Part shown: positions 18,455 to 28,238 of the stretch, one piece after another | How the letters are laid out: each line of letters opens with the position of its first letter | Position numbering within the stretch: the first letter of the stretch is position 1 | Virus record (IMG/VR): IMGVR_UViG_3300025840_000015 | Location: 52,180 to 116,179 of that record | Strand: one strand, 5' to 3' | From: a virus | Length of the DNA stretch: 64,000 nucleotides | Translations under genes and position numbers: made by a program | The notes under the pieces: model-generated | Database searches by the model: none | Told to the model about the DNA's origin: nothing | The model's input: only the letters and a program-made list of their open reading frames with translations

Positions 18455-20476
18455 TTATGATAGTGGGATGATTGCACTACCAATTCCAGCAACATTTATG
18501 ATAAGATCAGTTCCATCTAGAATGAAATCAATCTGTGAAAAGACATTTGATGGATCTGGTGTTGCAATGTTAAAGGTAAGACCACCATCAGTGCTTTGGT
18601 CATAATATGAGAATGAAAGATTATTATCATTTCCATTATCAATTCCACTAGAATATAGTGAATAACCTGCAGTTACAAACGAATTAGCATTTACTGTTCC
18701 TCCAGTGCTAACAGTTCCAGGAGTTGAGAGAGTTATGCTGGTTCCAGTAATGTCTCCATAAGAATTAGCACTAACTTGATTGAAGTTTGCTGTTCCTGTT
18801 GATGCAGTTATTGATCCTCCAATCAAAGTAATATCTGTTCCTACAATTGATCCAAAAGAATTGCAATCAATGTTTGCAGCAGTTAAAGTTCCTTGAATAT
18901 CAGCATCATTTAATACTGTTAATTCAGTGGCAGAAATAGAATTGTTTACAGAAAGTGCATCTGCGAAAACACTTCCACCAAGTTCTAAACCTCCAGATGC
19001 TTTGATGTTCCCTAAGGAACTAATTCCAACACCATCTTGAGTTTGAGGATCATTACCAACTTGCAAATCATATGCAATTGGAATAGAATCACCAGAAACT
19101 GCTAATTTCTTCTTAATTATAGAATTATTATTTGTAGTTGAGTCTCCAGTGATTATTTCATTAAATGATGAAACTCCGAAGAAGTCTGCATTTCCATTTA
19201 CACTTAATAATGTATTTGGATTAGTGTCATTTAATCCCAAATATCCATTATTTGTTACCGTAAATATCTCAGAAAGTGCTGGATTGAAGATTTTAAGTGA
19301 TCCAGAACCTGCACCACCTGGATTTAAATAGAAATTAATATCGCCATTACTATAGTTGATTATATCTAGAGATGTATCATTACTATCTGGGAATGAACCA
19401 TCAGTGCTTCCATATCTCAATTGAGCATTATTAGATGTCTTATTTTCCAATCTACCAAAAGTAATAGTAGATTGATTTGTTCCGTCACTGGTTAATTGAA
19501 GTGAAGACTCTCCATTCTTTCTAATGTGAAGTTGTGAATTTGGAGTATCTGTTCCCAAACCAAACTGATTATCAACAATAAGAGTATCAGTTATTGTTGA
19601 TACTCCAGAAGTTGAATATTGACTATTGATAGAATTTACACTTACATCTGCTGTTGGTTCAATATCACTAGCTACAGATGCAGTTCCAGATAAATCTCCT
19701 ACAAAAGTTGTTGCTTTGAAAGAACTTGCGGTAACTATTCCTGTATAGTATCCATTTCCTTGAACATATAGTTTAGATGATGGTAAATTTGTTCCTATAC
19801 CAACGTTCTGTTCTTTAGATAATACAAGTAATGGTATTTCTGGGAAGTCTTGACTAAATTGCTCTCTTACATTAAAATTGAGATCACAGTTATCAATATC
19901 TAAAGTAGTGTTTATTAACGCCCCTAGGACACTTGTTCCATTATTTGCATATCTAACATCAAATCCTATTCCAGATCTTTTACTGTCTCCAGTAATATCA
20001 CTAGTATTTTCAATTCCATCAAAAGCATTGATAATGATGTGTCCATCATTCAACCTCAGTGTTGAACCTATTGCAACATCTCCATTGACTTCAAATTTAA
20101 AGTCTGATGTATCAGTTCCTATTCCAACACTAGATGTTGTTGATATAAATGAACCACCAGAAGTTACATGCCATCCATCAACTGCAATTGCAAATATATC
20201 AGTCAATCCAAGAGCACTTCCTTCAAATCTAGTTGCTGTAAGAACACCAACAACTGTTCCACCCTCAGTAGAATCAATGTATCTTGTAGTAATTTGATCA
20301 GATATTACTTCATTTGTTATTGTTGCTCCACTTACCTGAGCATTTCCATAAACATCTAATAATTGTGTTGGAATTGATGTTCCAATTCCAACCAATCCAT
20401 TGTTATTGATAACAAAATTATCATTATCTACCTGAACACCATTCCTAAAATTGAATGATTTGTTAAAATTTGCCAT
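18455..20476 (-). CDS. tail fibre-like virion protein
   Basis: MANFNKSFNFRNGVQVD N-terminus; repeated VGIGTxxP..LxVxG modules. Confidence 0.75.
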   Translation of the reverse strand: MANFNKSFNFRNGVQVDNDNFVINNNGLVGIGTSIPTQLLDVYGNAQVSGATITNEVISDQITTRYIDSTEGGTVVGVLTATRFEGSALGLTDIFAIAVDGWHVTSGGSFISTTSSVGIGTDTSDFKFEVNGDVAIGSTLRLNDGHIIINAFDGIENTSDITGDSKRSGIGFDVRYANNGTSVLGALINTTLDIDNCDLNFNVREQFSQDFPEIPLLVLSKEQNVGIGTNLPSSKLYVQGNGYYTGIVTASSFKATTFVGDLSGTASVASDIEPTADVSVNSINSQYSTSGVSTITDTLIVDNQFGLGTDTPNSQLHIRKNGESSLQLTSDGTNQSTITFGRLENKTSNNAQLRYGSTDGSFPDSNDTSLDIINYSNGDINFYLNPGGAGSGSLKIFNPALSEIFTVTNNGYLGLNDTNPNTLLSVNGNADFFGVSSFNEIITGDSTTNNNSIIKKKLAVSGDSIPIAYDLQVGNDPQTQDGVGISSLGNIKASGGLELGGSVFADALSVNNSISATELTVLNDADIQGTLTAANIDCNSFGSIVGTDITLIGGSITASTGTANFNQVSANSYGDITGTSITLSTPGTVSTGGTVNANSFVTAGYSLYSSGIDNGNDNNLSFSYYDQSTDGGLTFNIATPDPSNVFSQIDFILDGTDLIINVAGIGSAIIPLS

Positions 20477-20499
20477 TTTTTATGGTTTTTAGTTATTTA

Positions 20500-23400
20500 T
20501 TATGAAATTCTAATTAAGTAGATCATTCCCATGTATGGAGGTAAATTCTTACCAGTTCCATTTTGCCCTTCTTGAGAAGTGACATAACTGTGAGAATGAC
20601 TTGTGCTATTTTCTTGTGTAATGAATGGATGCTGGTGTTTAGTTGTGTTTGGACCAGTAGTGAATGGGTGTTGGTGTTTATTTGAAGCACCACCAGTTCC
20701 AAATGAATTTGGTCCTGAAGTATTGTTTAGATTTCCAAATCTATAATACCACCAATAATAATAACTATTTGCAGTGTATGGTATATCATGAGTATGATCT
20801 GGAGTATCATCATCTGTAGTTCCTTGGTGAATGTGGTCAACATTGTTGAATCCACTAACTCCTTGGTGAGTATGTTTTTCACTTTCTGCCGAAGTATTTC
20901 CATTATGACTGTGCTGAACAAGAACTGCATCTGCACTTCCTCCAGTTTGACCAATTGTATAATTGCTTCCAGTTCCAACAACAAATCTATTTGTCATGTT
21001 GGGTAGTCTAAATCTTGTTCCAACATTTGCACCATATGGGAAAGTGGTCCCATTATTGGTTAGAATGTTATAACAATCAGTATAATCTGCAATTTCTAAT
21101 AATGCTCCATTACATACTCTCCAGTTATCTGGGAAGTTTGATAATGAACCAGGCCACAATAATATTCCACCAATTGGATTGATGTTTGGTGCTACAAGAT
21201 AGTTTGCACTTATTCTACCTTCACTTTGACTTGACTTAGTTAAGTCTAAGTTTCCATATATGTCTACTCCAGTGGTTGTAGTCTCAAGTTTCTTAGAATT
21301 ATTATGATATACTTCAATGCCAGCATCTGGAATTGCTTTTAAGATTGGTTCATATGATGCAAGAGGACCTTTTCCAATCAAAATTCCATTTGGACCATTA
21401 GAAAGTATTCTAAGATCCCCAGAACCAGAATCTTCAATTATGGAATTGGATCCATTATGATATATCTTTAGATCACTGTCATTTCCAATAAAAATACCTT
21501 TATCATCATTAATGGTTAAATCTCCACCAATATTCAAATTACTACCAACAGATAATTCACCTCCAATAATACCACTACCAAAGACATCTAGTGCATTTGA
21601 ACTTGTATCTTTGATTCTGACATTTTTACTGAAAATAGAAGTATCTTTGAATCTAGTTTGTTTGTTGAATGTTACTGGACCATCAAATTGAGATAGAACC
21701 GTTCCAGACTCTCCACCTTCAACAACTAACCTTTCTTTTACTGTAAGTTCATCAAATAGAGCACTTGATTTGGATGGACTATCACCAGTAATAGTTGGTT
21801 TTGGAATATCATATGATGTAATTTGACCAGATGAAGATGATGTCTTAGTGTTTCCATTGAAGAAATCACCTTGATTATTCATTCCAGTATATACTACAAT
21901 TCCACCAGATCTTTCTTGAGACTGAACTAAGAAACTTTCTCTTTCAGAAAGTGACTTAAATTGAACTTGTGGAAGTGAAGTTGAATAATTTCCTGGACCA
22001 TAACCAAGATATTCAAATGTATGTCCAGAAGCACGAAGAATAGAAGGTCTACGGAATTCTACTGCAATTGGTTTTATCTTTTTAATCAATGAATCTGCAG
22101 GATGTGATTGTTTTCTTGTCCCTAAAGATCCACGAATTACAGTCAATTGAGTGGTGTTTGCAGATGAAACAACTCTCATAATTTCATCCCTAATTTGGAT
22201 ATATGTTCCAATTGGGAATCTATTGTTTACTCCACCACCAGTTGTAAGTTCGGATATTGAAAGTATATTTGAAGTTACTGAGTCGTTAATTGCAGAAGAT
22301 AATCTTAATGCATCATTTCCATATAGTGTAAAGTGTCTTGCTGCAATATTTTCCTCTCTAATATCAGATATTCCTTGGTTTGATGAGTAACCGTGCTTCA
22401 ATACATATCCATTAACCAGTGATAGATCTTGTGATACTACTGTAAATTGAGTTACACTAAGTCTATCTTTAACTAAGTAATCTCCAAGATTATTTGAAGA
22501 TGAATCAGTCAATCTAATTTTATTTCCAGAAACTAATCCATGTGGAGTAGATGTGGTAATCGTAATAAGATTATTAGAATATGACTTTGAAGAAATTTGA
22601 GAAGATGGTCCAACAACAAGAGCATATTGACCAACAACTGGTGTTGGATCACCAGCAGTTTTTGCAATGGAAACTTTTTGACTGCTAACAAGAGATGTTA
22701 TTCTATAATAACCATCTTCTTGATTTCCATCTCCTGTTATTTGAACAACGTCACCAATAAATCTAGATAAACCGTTTGAGGTTATAGTGTAAGTTCCGTT
22801 ATTTCCAGATCCAATTACAGAGGTATCAAAATAAAGAACATCCGATACTGAATAATCTGATCCGGAAGAAACTATATTTACGGAGGAAATATTGCCACCA
22901 GCAGCAACAGTAACATTTGCCGTAGCACCATTCCAAACAGTAAGTCCAGAATTTGAATATAATTTTACATCATAATATGTTCCTGGCGTAAATCCAGATG
23001 ATGAACCAATAGCACCCTCAACAACACCTGCAAATTCATGCTGTCTATCAAATTTTATATCTGCAGAGGATCCAGAATCAGTTACACTAATAATTTCTTT
23101 TCCTAATCCAAATGATTTAGTAAATTTATCAATACTTTCTCTTGTTGTGCTTCTCTTAAGATCATTTGTAACTACATCTCCAATTGGAGATCTTAGTGCA
23201 AATGTGGTTGATGCAGGTGGATTAGAGTCAAAATTATCTCTATCAAGTTGTGGATACAGATCAGTTGTGTTTTGAGAATATTTTAGACCTGTAAATTCTT
23301 CTGTTATTGTATTGCTAGCATTTAAAAGATATAAGTGGTATATTCCATCTTGTGATCCTTCGATGTAGTTTGAGATAACTTCATTTCTATAGATGTAAAG

Positions 23401-26211
23401 ATTTGATTGCAAATCACTTCTCTCATATCTTGGAAGAAGACCAATTTCAGATGGAGTTGATCTTAAATTTATGTCATTGGTGCTTTCTAATCCTACAACA
23501 TGAACATTTCCAAAGATATCTGTAGTTTTATATTCAAACTCATAATCTGATGATGATGTCACAAAGAATTTTCCATTATATCCAATATTAAAATCACCAT
23601 CAACATTAATCGAATCAGTAATATTTCTGATAACTACAATATCACCAACATTTAGATTATTTTTGGTGCAGGTTTCTACAGTAATTGTTTCGGCAGAATC
23701 AAAACTAGTTCTTCTTATGAATTTTTGATTTCTCTTATATTCATAATCAGTGCTATCAATAGTTGTTAATGTGAAATCTCCACTTCTAGCACCGGTAGAT
23801 CCAGATTCTTGCAATATAAATCCTTCTTCAGGATCTTTTGCTCCTGATAACTCTTTTGGTATTACAACTCTTAATTTGTATAACTTTTCATCCAAACTTC
23901 TATCATCAACTACTCTCTTTACATATGCTAAATCTGTAAAGATATCTAAAGTCGATTGATTTGCTACTAAGTATGGATATATTGTATTTGAGGAATCTAC
24001 ATTAATATACCAATTTTCATTGGCAGCATCATATTGAATTGGAGACCCAAGTTCACCAGAAATTCTGTCTGATACTCTACTATAAACAACTAATGAACTG
24101 CCACCAGAAATATCAAGACTTTCCTCATTCAAAGCATTGGTGAATGAAGTTGCCAATTTAATTTTGTTGGCATTTATTCTAATTGCATAATAAACAATAT
24201 GTGGAGTTACATTTTCAGGCAAATCTCCAATACTGCTGTTTATAATTATTTTTTCTCCAGTAGAAAGATTGTGAGCACCAATACTCAAAACAGAAGCACT
24301 GTTTACATTTCCTACAGTATAAACTTTAGATGATGAAGATCCATCATCCATGTAAATACTTGCATTAAGTTCAGAACCATTGAGTTTTACATATAGTTTA
24401 TCATCATTTCTTGCTCCAATCCTATATCCTTGAGAGATATGTGAAGGAACATCATCAACCAGAGTAAATCCATACAGATATAATCTAGTTGGATCGGCAA
24501 CACTTACAGTCTTTGTTACATCAATTGATAACCATTCAATATCTTCTTCTACATTGACATCAACTTCTCTTGGTGGAATTACTGAAGTGATGAAACCTTT
24601 ATCATCTTTATCAAATGCTTCAGATTTAAATCCTTCTGAACTTAATGAAATTTGACCGAAGTTTGAATTGGAGTTTGTTATTGAAGCATCGCCACCAGAT
24701 TGAATATCAAAATGCTTATTAAATCCAATAGCAAAAACAGATACTATTTGTATAAATGCATCATTTGAAACTTTAATATGACTGGTTTCCCAACCATTTC
24801 TATAAATTGCAGATTGATCTAAGTGATATATTTTTCCAGTATCAGTTTGTGATGCTTCTAATGGCAATGATGCGCCATAAACAGTTGTAAAGTTTACACC
24901 TTCATATGATCTAGAAACTGGATCATACTTTACAAATGCTCTATCATCTTTTTGAAGTGAAACAGCGGTAAACTGTGCCACAACCATTGAACGGAAACCA
25001 GATGCTTTGCTACCATCTGCGTGCATTCCATTCATACCCCAAACTGATCTCAATGAGCAGTTGAAAATATATGGAGATGCTCCAGATACAGTATCAGTTT
25101 CTACTGTTACTGTAGATCCAGAAGAACTTGGACTTGCATTTAAATTGATTGGATATGATGGTAGTAAATATGTAAATGTAAAGTCATCAATTACACTTTG
25201 AACACTTGTTGAAACATTATAATTCTGAACACCAACACCTCTAATCTTAATTGGAGTTCCTACATTTAAATCATGTGCAATTGAAGTTCTTACAGTAATT
25301 AGATTGGATGCAGTTATACCATTTCCAGAGAAAATACTCTCAATTGCTACTGGATCTGTTGCAAATGCACCAACAATTTGCCATTCTGGATCTCTCTTTG
25401 CAAAACTAGTTAGACTATTTGGAAACTTCTCTGATGAAGGAATTTCTCTAAATGTATTAAAAGCATTCGATAATTTGCTATAATACATATCCAGATCAGT
25501 GAGATTATACCTGGAATCAATGTTTACACCATCTGCATATTCAAAGCATGATAGTTTGTGGTGTGAAAATCTTGGAGTTGATTTGTATGCAGAACTAAAG
25601 AATGTTGGATGAGTATATACTAAATCGCTATCATCACCATCAAAGAATGAGAATTGCCAGAAGTAACAAGCACCAGTTACCCTGAATATTGATGATTTTT
25701 GTGCGAATGGATCTGTTGGGTTTGGAACATACTTTGGTCTTATCTTTGTCTTTCTTAGATCTAAACCAACAATAGAAGTTCCTCTTGGAATTATTACTCC
25801 ACCATTGATACTATTGAATTTGTAGAGTATATTATCTTCTTGAGATAGATCAAATACACTATCTAATTCCAAAGAAAGTGTAGAAAGTGCGGGAGAACCT
25901 ACTCCTCCCGATGGTGGAACAGAATATGCAATTCCATTGTTGTCATATATTGCATATCCAGGTCTATTATCTATAACGTGTTCTGCAGGAAATACTAGAA
26001 TTGTAGTTTTTTCTACTAGATCGTTTCCACTACCACTGATATATGAAAATCTTGCTGATTCTAATAATGCTCTTTGAATTGTCTTAAACGGTTGAGCAAG
26101 AGAATTACCTGTATTTGTAATTGAATCGCTAGAATCCAAATCATTTGGATTTACATATAAAATACGGCCATCAGTGTTCTTAATGAAGTTTTGTAACTTA
26201 TTCAGTGGCAT
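20500..26211 (-). CDS. large virion structural protein with a C-terminal tail-collar domain
   Basis: MPLNKLQNFIKNTDGRILYVNPND; beta-helix-like region; PIGGILLW..NWRVCNG..FRLPN collar; HxH repeats; NLPPY. Confidence 0.8.
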   Translation of the reverse strand: MPLNKLQNFIKNTDGRILYVNPNDLDSSDSITNTGNSLAQPFKTIQRALLESARFSYISGSGNDLVEKTTILVFPAEHVIDNRPGYAIYDNNGIAYSVPPSGGVGSPALSTLSLELDSVFDLSQEDNILYKFNSINGGVIIPRGTSIVGLDLRKTKIRPKYVPNPTDPFAQKSSIFRVTGACYFWQFSFFDGDDSDLVYTHPTFFSSAYKSTPRFSHHKLSCFEYADGVNIDSRYNLTDLDMYYSKLSNAFNTFREIPSSEKFPNSLTSFAKRDPEWQIVGAFATDPVAIESIFSGNGITASNLITVRTSIAHDLNVGTPIKIRGVGVQNYNVSTSVQSVIDDFTFTYLLPSYPINLNASPSSSGSTVTVETDTVSGASPYIFNCSLRSVWGMNGMHADGSKASGFRSMVVAQFTAVSLQKDDRAFVKYDPVSRSYEGVNFTTVYGASLPLEASQTDTGKIYHLDQSAIYRNGWETSHIKVSNDAFIQIVSVFAIGFNKHFDIQSGGDASITNSNSNFGQISLSSEGFKSEAFDKDDKGFITSVIPPREVDVNVEEDIEWLSIDVTKTVSVADPTRLYLYGFTLVDDVPSHISQGYRIGARNDDKLYVKLNGSELNASIYMDDGSSSSKVYTVGNVNSASVLSIGAHNLSTGEKIIINSSIGDLPENVTPHIVYYAIRINANKIKLATSFTNALNEESLDISGGSSLVVYSRVSDRISGELGSPIQYDAANENWYINVDSSNTIYPYLVANQSTLDIFTDLAYVKRVVDDRSLDEKLYKLRVVIPKELSGAKDPEEGFILQESGSTGARSGDFTLTTIDSTDYEYKRNQKFIRRTSFDSAETITVETCTKNNLNVGDIVVIRNITDSINVDGDFNIGYNGKFFVTSSSDYEFEYKTTDIFGNVHVVGLESTNDINLRSTPSEIGLLPRYERSDLQSNLYIYRNEVISNYIEGSQDGIYHLYLLNASNTITEEFTGLKYSQNTTDLYPQLDRDNFDSNPPASTTFALRSPIGDVVTNDLKRSTTRESIDKFTKSFGLGKEIISVTDSGSSADIKFDRQHEFAGVVEGAIGSSSGFTPGTYYDVKLYSNSGLTVWNGATANVTVAAGGNISSVNIVSSGSDYSVSDVLYFDTSVIGSGNNGTYTITSNGLSRFIGDVVQITGDGNQEDGYYRITSLVSSQKVSIAKTAGDPTPVVGQYALVVGPSSQISSKSYSNNLITITTSTPHGLVSGNKIRLTDSSSNNLGDYLVKDRLSVTQFTVVSQDLSLVNGYVLKHGYSSNQGISDIREENIAARHFTLYGNDALRLSSAINDSVTSNILSISELTTGGGVNNRFPIGTYIQIRDEIMRVVSSANTTQLTVIRGSLGTRKQSHPADSLIKKIKPIAVEFRRPSILRASGHTFEYLGYGPGNYSTSLPQVQFKSLSERESFLVQSQERSGGIVVYTGMNNQGDFFNGNTKTSSSSGQITSYDIPKPTITGDSPSKSSALFDELTVKERLVVEGGESGTVLSQFDGPVTFNKQTRFKDTSIFSKNVRIKDTSSNALDVFGSGIIGGELSVGSNLNIGGDLTINDDKGIFIGNDSDLKIYHNGSNSIIEDSGSGDLRILSNGPNGILIGKGPLASYEPILKAIPDAGIEVYHNNSKKLETTTTGVDIYGNLDLTKSSQSEGRISANYLVAPNINPIGGILLWPGSLSNFPDNWRVCNGALLEIADYTDCYNILTNNGTTFPYGANVGTRFRLPNMTNRFVVGTGSNYTIGQTGGSADAVLVQHSHNGNTSAESEKHTHQGVSGFNNVDHIHQGTTDDDTPDHTHDIPYTANSYYYWWYYRFGNLNNTSGPNSFGTGGASNKHQHPFTTGPNTTKHQHPFITQENSTSHSHSYVTSQEGQNGTGKNLPPYMGMIYLIRIS

Positions 26212-26246
26212 GGTATTAGAACATCTACTTTTTTTCTATGATTTAT

Positions 26247-26552
26247 TTATCCCATAAAATCTTCCTCATCATAATAATATGCTAAATCATCAGGCAAAAT
26301 ATCTGGATTCAATATCTCTATGGGATCAAAGTATGGATGGCAACTTTCCATAATTAAATAGTTTGATCCTTTATAAACATCATCAATTTGATATTTTCTA
26401 TTACTACTGGCAGATAAAACTAATTCTTTATCATAAAGATGTCCATCAGGATATTCATCAAAAGTAAAAGGAACATCATTTAAAAAATACATCTTTACGA
26501 TGATCCTTTCATTGTCATACCAACAATTCTTAGCGCATATGGTATAAGACAT
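26247..26552 (-). CDS. conserved cyanophage hypothetical protein
   Basis: IVKMYFLNDVPFTFDE...YLIMESCHP. Confidence 0.7.
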   Translation of the reverse strand: MSYTICAKNCWYDNERIIVKMYFLNDVPFTFDEYPDGHLYDKELVLSASSNRKYQIDDVYKGSNYLIMESCHPYFDPIEILNPDILPDDLAYYYDEEDFMG

Positions 26553-26586
26553 AACATTTTCTGTTTAGTCTTATTTATTTTAGTAA

Positions 26587-26670
26587 TGCGAGTAGGGAGA
26601 CTTGAACTCCCACGGGATTGCTCCCAACAGATTTTAAGTCTGGTGCGTCTACCGATTCCGCCACACTCGC
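26587..26670 (-). tRNA. trnL: tRNA-Leu(UAA), no encoded CCA
   Basis: cloverleaf GCGAGTG...CCAGA CTTAAAA TCTG, variable arm, GTTCAAG. Confidence 0.95.
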
Positions 26671-26675
26671 TTGAT

Positions 26676-26721
26676 GGTATTATGCTTTGAATGCTAATAA
26701 AAGCATTACAACCTGAATACC
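26676..26721 (-). repeat. 46-nt hairpin with an 8x8 internal loop (second copy at 57641-57686)
   Basis: GGTATT-CAGGTTGT-AATGCT-TTTATT-AGCATT-CAAAGCAT-AATACC. Confidence 0.7.
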
Positions 26722-26724
26722 AAG

Positions 26725-26808
26725 TAGGAACGGAGAGACTTGAACTCTCACGGGCAATTGCCCAACAGATTTTAAGTCTGGTGCGTCTACCGATTCCGCC
26801 ACGCTCCC
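26725..26808 (-). tRNA. trnL: tRNA-Leu(UAA), second copy
   Basis: same D and anticodon arms as copy 1; different acceptor, variable and T stems. Confidence 0.95.
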
Positions 26809-26815
26809 ATTTGTT

Positions 26816-26890
26816 TGGTAGGACTGGAGGGAATTGAACCCTCTTCACACCGTTATAAGCAGTGGGCCTTAACCAATAGGCGACAGTCCC
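26816..26890 (-). tRNA. trnI: tRNA-Ile(UAU) with CCA
   Basis: GGGACTG...CACTG CTTATAA CGGTG...GTTCAATT...CAGTCCT A CCA. Confidence 0.9.
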
Positions 26891-26893
26891 ATT

Positions 26894-26968
26894 TGGTAGG
26901 AATACTGGGAGTTGAACCCAGACTAACCCGTTATAAGCAGGCCGCTCTAACCATTAAGCTATATTCCC
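26894..26968 (-). tRNA. trnI: tRNA-Ile(UAU) with CCA, second divergent copy
   Basis: GGGAATA...GCCTG CTTATAA CGGGT...GTTCAACT...TATTCCT A CCA. Confidence 0.9.
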
Positions 26969-26985
26969 TTAAAAGTTACTCAACA

Positions 26986-27014
26986 ATCATAAGACATAAA
27001 CCTCAGATTGTCAA
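26986..27014 (-). promoter_or_regulatory. sigma70-type promoter of the tRNA operon
   Basis: TTGACA-N17-TATGAT. Confidence 0.75.
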
Positions 27015-27023
27015 GTGATTGTA

Positions 27024-27230
27024 TCAGACCTCGTAAGTTGGTGGATGATACTTGAGATACTCAAGGAAAGTCATTTTCATTTCCTTATGAGTCATTCCAC
27101 AGTGCCTTGCCGCTGTGGGTAGATTCATTGTAGCATAGAATAATGCCTTGTTTGCTTCTTCTACATTTTCTGGTGTGGTTTTCACACGATGTTCAATCAA
27201 AGAATTTTGATCAACTTTTTTGAAAATCAT
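27024..27230 (-). CDS. conserved small HTH-like hypothetical protein
   Basis: MNLPTAARHCGMTHKEMKMTF. Confidence 0.65.
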   Translation of the reverse strand: MIFKKVDQNSLIEHRVKTTPENVEEANKALFYATMNLPTAARHCGMTHKEMKMTFLEYLKYHPPTYEV

Positions 27231-27409
27231 AGTGGACTTGAATAGGAAATTGAGTTTTCATCCAATGTTTCTCGGACAAATTGTAGCACGTTCATGAACT
27301 GATCGACGGTTTCGCAGGACACTTCCTTTTCTGACCCTTCACTCGAATACAAATACACCTTTTTCCTAATAGGATCAAGGACGCATCGAGTCAGATACTC
27401 TTCAGTCAT
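27227..27409 (-). CDS. conserved hypothetical protein
   Basis: YLYSSEG...CETVDQFMNVL; promoter TTGACA-N17-TACCAT at 27463-27435. Confidence 0.7.
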   Translation of the reverse strand: MTEEYLTRCVLDPIRKKVYLYSSEGSEKEVSCETVDQFMNVLQFVRETLDENSISYSSPL

Positions 27410-27473
27410 TTGGTTGCCGATTGATTACCATGTAATGGTAGCACGCGCCACCTGGGTTGTCAAGCAAAAAAAA

Positions 27474-28202
27474 TCAATTTTCTGGAGACGTTGGCTTTTC
27501 TGCTGGTAGACTATTTAAATAATCTCTTAATTCATATGGATCAAGAGTTAAATTGTTCAATACATCTTCAATAGTATCATGTCGGATCATATTTTGAAGA
27601 ATCGCATCTTTAAAAGTAATATTAAAGAACTGATTGAATGCTGCATTAATATCAGCGTCACCATCACTAACTTCAAGATAAGATTTTACCGTTTCTTTAG
27701 AAATATTAAATCTACTTAATAAAGAATTTAAACTTCCATTATAAGAATCTTTTAATTTATCTGAAATTTTCTCTACAAAATCATTAGTATTCAAATTCAA
27801 TATTTTTCCAATTTTTTCCTCAAAACTCAGTTCTGCAAGAGATTTAATACCATCTTTTAATTTTTGTTCCCATTGAGTCCCATCCCAAATAATTTCATGA
27901 TTACTATCTATTGGATCATGCGGACATAAATTTGTATATCCATCCATATTGCAACATGGATTGTCATTATTTACGATATTTTTCGTATCTATACAGTAAT
28001 AACATCCTCTTTTATCTACAACAACTTCCCAATATTCTTCTAATGGATTAAATACTGCAATACATCCATCAGAAAATTTTGGAGGTTCTAATGTAGTAGA
28101 TCCTGGGGGCATAATATAATTTTGAGGATCATCAGGGTCTGCCTGGGCATAATCTTCCCCAAGGTAGAAATAATATTGCTGATCATATCTGTATATTTTC
28201 AT
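27474..28202 (-). CDS. tail fibre assembly chaperone (Tfa-like)
   Basis: IYRYD...YLG...P..STTLEPP...WEVVVDKRG; immediately downstream of the fibre gene. Confidence 0.7.
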   Translation of the reverse strand: MKIYRYDQQYYFYLGEDYAQADPDDPQNYIMPPGSTTLEPPKFSDGCIAVFNPLEEYWEVVVDKRGCYYCIDTKNIVNNDNPCCNMDGYTNLCPHDPIDSNHEIIWDGTQWEQKLKDGIKSLAELSFEEKIGKILNLNTNDFVEKISDKLKDSYNGSLNSLLSRFNISKETVKSYLEVSDGDADINAAFNQFFNITFKDAILQNMIRHDTIEDVLNNLTLDPYELRDYLNSLPAEKPTSPEN

Positions 28203-28238
28203 ATTTTTTAATTTATTCTAGAACATATTTATGAACTT

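Noticed and set aside
26495-27018. ORF-track CDSs 26495..26848 and 26815..27018
   Set aside because: They overlap well-formed tRNA genes
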